The translations under genes and the position numbers were made by a program. Shown here piece by piece: positions 59,120-64,000 of a DNA stretch of 64,000 bases. The notes under the pieces were generated by a model. It saw only the letters and a list, made by a program, of their open reading frames with translations. It did not search any database and was not told where the DNA came from. How positions within the stretch are numbered: position 1 is the first letter of the stretch; each line of letters opens with the position of its first letter. Source of the stretch: Oculina patagonica (lineage: Eukaryota); NCBI RefSeq assembly GCF_052425735.1, contig NC_135763.1, positions 1,860,001 to 1,924,000 of the forward strand, given 5' to 3'.

Positions 59120-60911
59120 ATGAAGTGACAAGGCAGTAGAATCCCAGCCGCCATATGGAACTTCTAGAATAGAAATAAAAAAAAAGCTTAAATAAGCGTT
59201 TAAAATTGCGATTAGTAAATGAAGGGAACCAGTGACTTATCAAGTAAAACCTGTAGTAATAACAGAAACGACAAGATAGTTCCTGTTGAAACCGGTATTA
59301 GTTATAAATCGTTAATTTCCATTGTGATCAACGCCTAACTTCTCTTTCATGAATGTTGACACATTGTCAAGTAGACAAGTGACTTGTCTCTTTGGGTCGT
59401 CACGCAATCGTCACAGAAAGCTTTAGGGCATAGAGGCGTTGCGTGACAATTGTAACGCTGTATCTCCAAATTATCGGGTAATATTTTGAGAAACGAATGT
59501 CAGTCAGTGTAGGGAGAAATGAAATTTCGAGCTTGAAGCGCCCATGAAACAAACGCTGGGTGTTGTCTAGCGTCAGAGCGACATCCTAGTGTAATACAGT
59601 ACCGTCCAACTTCCCTAAACGTACACCCTTGGGACCTGAATAAGTGTCCACTTAGGAGAGGTGTCCGCTAATGAGAGGTTAAAAAATGCAGTGTTTGTAT
59701 GTGGCGAGGATCATGACTAAGGGTCCGGTTATGGGAGTTGTCCGCCTACTAAAGGTGTCTGCTAGCGGAGGCGCAACCGTACCCGGTTTTGACGTGCGGC
59801 GCTAGCAGTTAGTCCCACCAGAAATTGAGCGCGCCTCGTCACGAAATATTTTCAAGATTGCTTCAAACTGTCCAAGAACTGCTCCTGGGAATATAAACGG
59901 AAAGGGTTTTATTTCCGATGTCAGACCGATGGGTCTATAACCTAGGGAAATTTTAAGGTATTTGAATAAAGCTCTTAACTGAACAACGAGTGTTTTCTTT
60001 TTTCCCTTTGTGCTTACAAGAAGGAAATTCTCGGCGGCCTTTCGCAGTCGTGGGGGTCTTACACCTAATTGCGCTCCTATGTTGTTTTGCACGTTCTCTG
60101 TTCGCAACTGTTATGATTATTATAATTAGCACCATTTAGCCGAAGTAACTAAAAAAGACCCTAGTCTGTTTCAGGCGTTGGGTAAGTTGGGAAAGTTTCT
60201 TTGGGGAGCAGCGGAAAACGGCGAGTAAAAAAAGGGGGTTGACCCTGAACCATTTCTTCCACTTGCGTTTTTTGCGCTAAACGTAAGGTAAGGTAAGGTA
60301 AAATTTTTTTGAAATTTTAAAAAAAAAGGGGGGGGGCCGTTTATCGCGCTGCTCCCAAACTAACCGAACGCCCGGATCTGGCTAGCCTACGAGTTGAAAA
60401 GCTAACTTCGCTTAAAAATCCCTAAAGTTGATGGAATTTGCATCGACCCTTTGATGAAAAATACCCATGTCTGGACATAGAGAACAGACCTGCTCGCTGG
60501 TTATTCGACACGAAAATTTCGTACCAATGACGTGATAGCTCTACCTGGTGCACTGGTTGTCTCAGATTGGTTGATGCTGAACGGGAAAACAGTTATTCTA
60601 TCTCCTTCTCCTAGCCTCTCGCTCCAGAGACCGCGTGCATTCGCAGAAAGTAAGGTGCAAGTAAAGAAAGGGTTTAGATGATTCTGGAATGACTTTCATT
60701 CCGGAACGAGCTTTGTTCGGGAAACTGGAATGAAATGTCATTCCAGAATGAAAATTTCATTCCGTAAAGAACTAATTCTGGAATGACTTGTGCGGGAACG
60801 AAATTCCTCTCGGTATCATGTAAACAGATAGAGCCGGAGAAATATATGGGGATGGAGTGAACTCGTTCCGGAATGAAAATCATTTTGGAATCATGTAAAT
60901 AGGCCCTAAGC

Positions 60912-60944
<33 letters not shown>

Positions 60945-62871
60945 TTGTTGGTCTCGTTTTGGGTGTTCCAGGCAAAACGCCAATATTTTTAGCCATAATG
61001 GTCTCGTTTAGGGTTACACACGAAGAATTTTACAAATATAAATCCTCTTTTTAGAATTTAATTGGTATCTTTTAGGGGTCTAAAATAGCTTGTGCCACGC
61101 CCAGATTGGTCTCTTGATCCAGTTTAGGGGTTCTTTCAAAATTTCCGATGAGCATCCCCGTCCCTTTAATATGGGAGTCCCCCCGGGGGGCCCTAAGACT
61201 GCTTTGCAGCCTGTTGCTAGCTTGGTTTTAAAATTTTCGCGCCAAAGTCCGCGCGCCAAAGTGACAACCAATCAGCGATATTACACCGAGCTCTAAAAAG
61301 ACGCCTTTTTCTCTCGGAATAATTTTTATCTTTATCTTTATCATTACTTTCGCGACACTTAGCATAGGCGTGTATAATCTGTTCCTGTACTGCCTTTTTT
61401 GTCCTTCAGCCGTCAATTCTTTCAGTTGGCATTACTTCACCGCATCGCGTGACCTGAAACGAATTCAAGAAAATTGACGATAGTCTAACTAGTCACGTGA
61501 TCTACTCATAGAAACAGGGGAAGCTAGATGAATTTGCAAAATGGATATATTGTAAGTTAAAACTGTATGTATGGGAAACTCTTCAAATTTTGAAGCCGTT
61601 AACATCCACATTTAAATTTGAGCCAGGAGCCTCCCCCCCCCCCCCCCCTTCTCGGTTAGCCTGCGTTGCAGACAAACTAAATTGACCGTTTTTGTTCACT
61701 TTGCAGGCTACGTCCAGCTGGTAAAGTGAAACTTTCCTTATAGAGACCTTTATAACAGCGACAGTTCACCGGGTCCCAGGCAAAAACTCTTAAATCTCCA
61801 TGACTACATTTTAAACTAACCTCTTACAATGCGGACAGCCCTAATGCAAACACCGGACGCTATCTGCTACAGAAGATACTAAAATATTAAAATGTTAACT
61901 CTAGCTTTACTGACAATAATTACGTATGTTCGAAAGTACATGGACGAAAAAACTCATATTGCACTTTTCACGTCTCCTTTTATTATTAATAAACTCTTCA
62001 ATCTTTATATTCTTTTTCCTTTCGACGAATAAAATAAAACTCTTCGCGTTGGGGTTCTCATAGTCTCTTGGAATGACGTCATATCTGTGATCTGACGGGA
62101 TTCATCATTGATAAACGACGGTTTCAGTTTTCAGTTTTGAACATATCGTTGTTACCCTAGCGTTTTCAGTTTTTCATACAGTCCGTACCTAAAAACTTGA
62201 CAAAAAAGGCAAGAAAAATTCGCTCCTTTCACAAAAATTTAATCAGTAAAAAGGTATTTTTCCATTTCACTTTACTCCACGCGTACGAACGCCAGAGCAT
62301 ACGCAAATTTAGACCAATTTACAAAACAATTTTTTTTTCTTGGCTTAAGGTGTGATTCTACCTGAATTTGAATGAAATTTTAAGAGGTTTAAAGAAGGGA
62401 TTGAAAAAAGAAAATTTTCGAAAAACCATTAGACAGTTGACCCCCACGCAATAGCACTCCAGCTAGGCTGTCAGGGGACTGTCTACTGTCCGTCAACCTA
62501 TATTCAAACCAAATCTCCAATATTTCTTATTTCTCCAAATTTTATTAATCCTTTAAGAAAAACAATCTCCTCCCAAAAGTTCCCCAAAATAACCCAAAAA
62601 TTTACAAAACACCGCAAACATAGATATATGTAATGAGTCTTCGATTTCTACGCAATATGTTTTGCAAATCTTCGCTTTTTTAAGCAAACCTTCGTTTTCA
62701 GTCTTCGTTCGTTTTATCCGTGAAATGTGGTGAAATGCCAAAATTCAGAAAATTACATATATTTTCTGTAGTATTTACGAGTTTTGACAGCTTTATATCG
62801 GAATGTTCAATTTGATCACGCGAATTTCGGTCAATTTCAGATCTTCGCTTCAATCTTGACCATAGTTATAT

Positions 62872-63394
62872 GAGGGTCTCAATGGGGTGGTGGCTTTTAC
62901 AGTTAACGGTTAAAATTTTGGCTTTTTTACGGCTAACGGTTAATTTATTTCCATAACGGTTAACAGAAGTTAAAAGTTAATTTTCATTGTTTCATGAAGT
63001 TACAGCAAGGCGCCCAAAGTGTGACCACTTTTAATTTATTCACATTCTTTCGTGCAGATTTATTAATCCAATTAAAAGCCGTGGACAGCTTGCAGTTGAC
63101 TTCTGATTGGATTAAATCTGCACGAAAGAATGTGAATAAATTAAAAGTGGTCACACTTTTGGGCGCCTTGCTGTAAAAATTAATTTCCATTATTGAAAAA
63201 CATATTTTAGGTCTTAGGACCATTCTGGGCCGATGAAGTGAACAAGTTTGGTTTATTTATATTTAATATTTACTGACCAATTTTTTACGGTTAACATATT
63301 TTTACGGCTAACGGTTAAAATTCTCCAATTTTTACGCCTAACGGCTAAATTTTTGGCGGTTATACGGCTAACGGTTAACCCCATTGAGACCCTC
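62872..63394. mobile_element. GAG...CTC MITE, 6-bp TSD, acgg(c/t)taa arrays, with nested palindrome ~63000-63176
   Basis: TTATAT|gagggtctcaatgggg...ccccattgagaccctc|TTATAT; perfect 16-bp TIR. Confidence 0.88.
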
Positions 63395-63861
63395 TTATAT
63401 TAAACTATGTCTTGACTGAGATCTTCGTTTTTCCGCGGTGATCCTCGCGTCTTCGATTTCTTCGGAAATACCCATATTCTGCCTTTTGAACTTTTTTTGT
63501 TGTTATTTTGTTGTTGTTTTTATTACTGTTTGCTATTTGTTTCTTTTTTCTTCAGTTTTCCGTTGAATTGACTGAGGCATACTGGACCATACTGGACCAT
63601 ACTGGGGCCGGGAAGTGAATTAGGCTAATTTGAATATCGATTTATTATCGATCCACTTCTGAACAAGATCGGAAGATATGTCACGTGCTTCAATGTTATG
63701 CGCAGTACGTGTTGAATCTGACGTTGACCGAAGCTTGTGAAAGTTGGTCTGGGAAAACTTCCTTCCTTCATTTATTCCATTGCATTGCTTTCTAAAATAC
63801 AAAAGAGACGTTAGAAAGGGGAACACAAAAGGCCTTGTACATGGTGGACGCGAAATATTTT

Positions 63862-63966
63862 ATGGCAACGGAGAGAAACGGCTACAACGGGCAGATATTC
63901 GAAGCCCTGAAGAATCGCTTTCCCGAAATTCCGGAACAAGTCATTTCTCAAACGCTGCAGGCTGAG
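63862..63966 (+). CDS. First coding exon of a TAB2/TAB3-like (N-terminal CUE domain) gene; continues beyond the window
   Basis: MATERNGYNGQIFEALKNRFPEIPEQVISQTLQAE|gttggt resembles the TAB2/3 CUE start (LRQKFPEVPEVVVS); phase-0 donor. Not in the ORF track. Confidence 0.72.
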
Positions 63967-64000
63967 GTTGGTCGATTTCTAATCTTTTTAATTTGCTGGT

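Noticed and set aside
63620-63826. Minus-strand ORF as a terminal exon
   Set aside because: No recognisable homology; it lies in the probable promoter/5'UTR of the plus-strand TAB2/3-like gene.
63904-63937. ctgaaga...cgaaa hammerhead-like string
   Set aside because: No helix I or II pairing; explained by the coding sequence ALKNRFPEI.

Overview
Intron-rich, AT-rich animal genomic DNA, most consistent with a cnidarian (probably a stony coral; inferred from gene and repeat content). Most ORFs in the supplied track are spurious, so genes were rebuilt by hand from GT-AG exons. In order: (1) 1-7.6 kb, a tandem array of a ~665-bp unit carrying nested MITEs, with filled and empty insertion sites side by side; (2) a 4-exon atypical theta-like GST (minus, 9574-14423); (3) two tandemly duplicated genes for secreted PAN/apple-EGF-fibrinogen-like proteins (20637-22496, 28718-31102); (4) a complete ATE1 arginyltransferase (minus, 33891-43879); (5) TIMM13 head-to-head with ATE1, across a promoter that is mostly one hAT MITE; (6) a complete 15-exon HGD (48702-59119); (7) the first coding exon of a TAB2/3-like CUE-domain gene at the right edge. 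The top finding is in ATE1: two paralogous 129-nt exons, like mammalian 7A/7B, flanked by complementary intronic elements able to loop out one exon, i.e. a candidate RNA-structure splicing switch. Other highlights are a minimal Penelope-type hammerhead ribozyme motif, a group of GAG...CTC MITEs with 6-bp TSDs, hAT5-like MITEs with 5-bp TSDs, and loop-focused divergence of the duplicated lectin-like genes. All calls were made by eye; no database searches were run.
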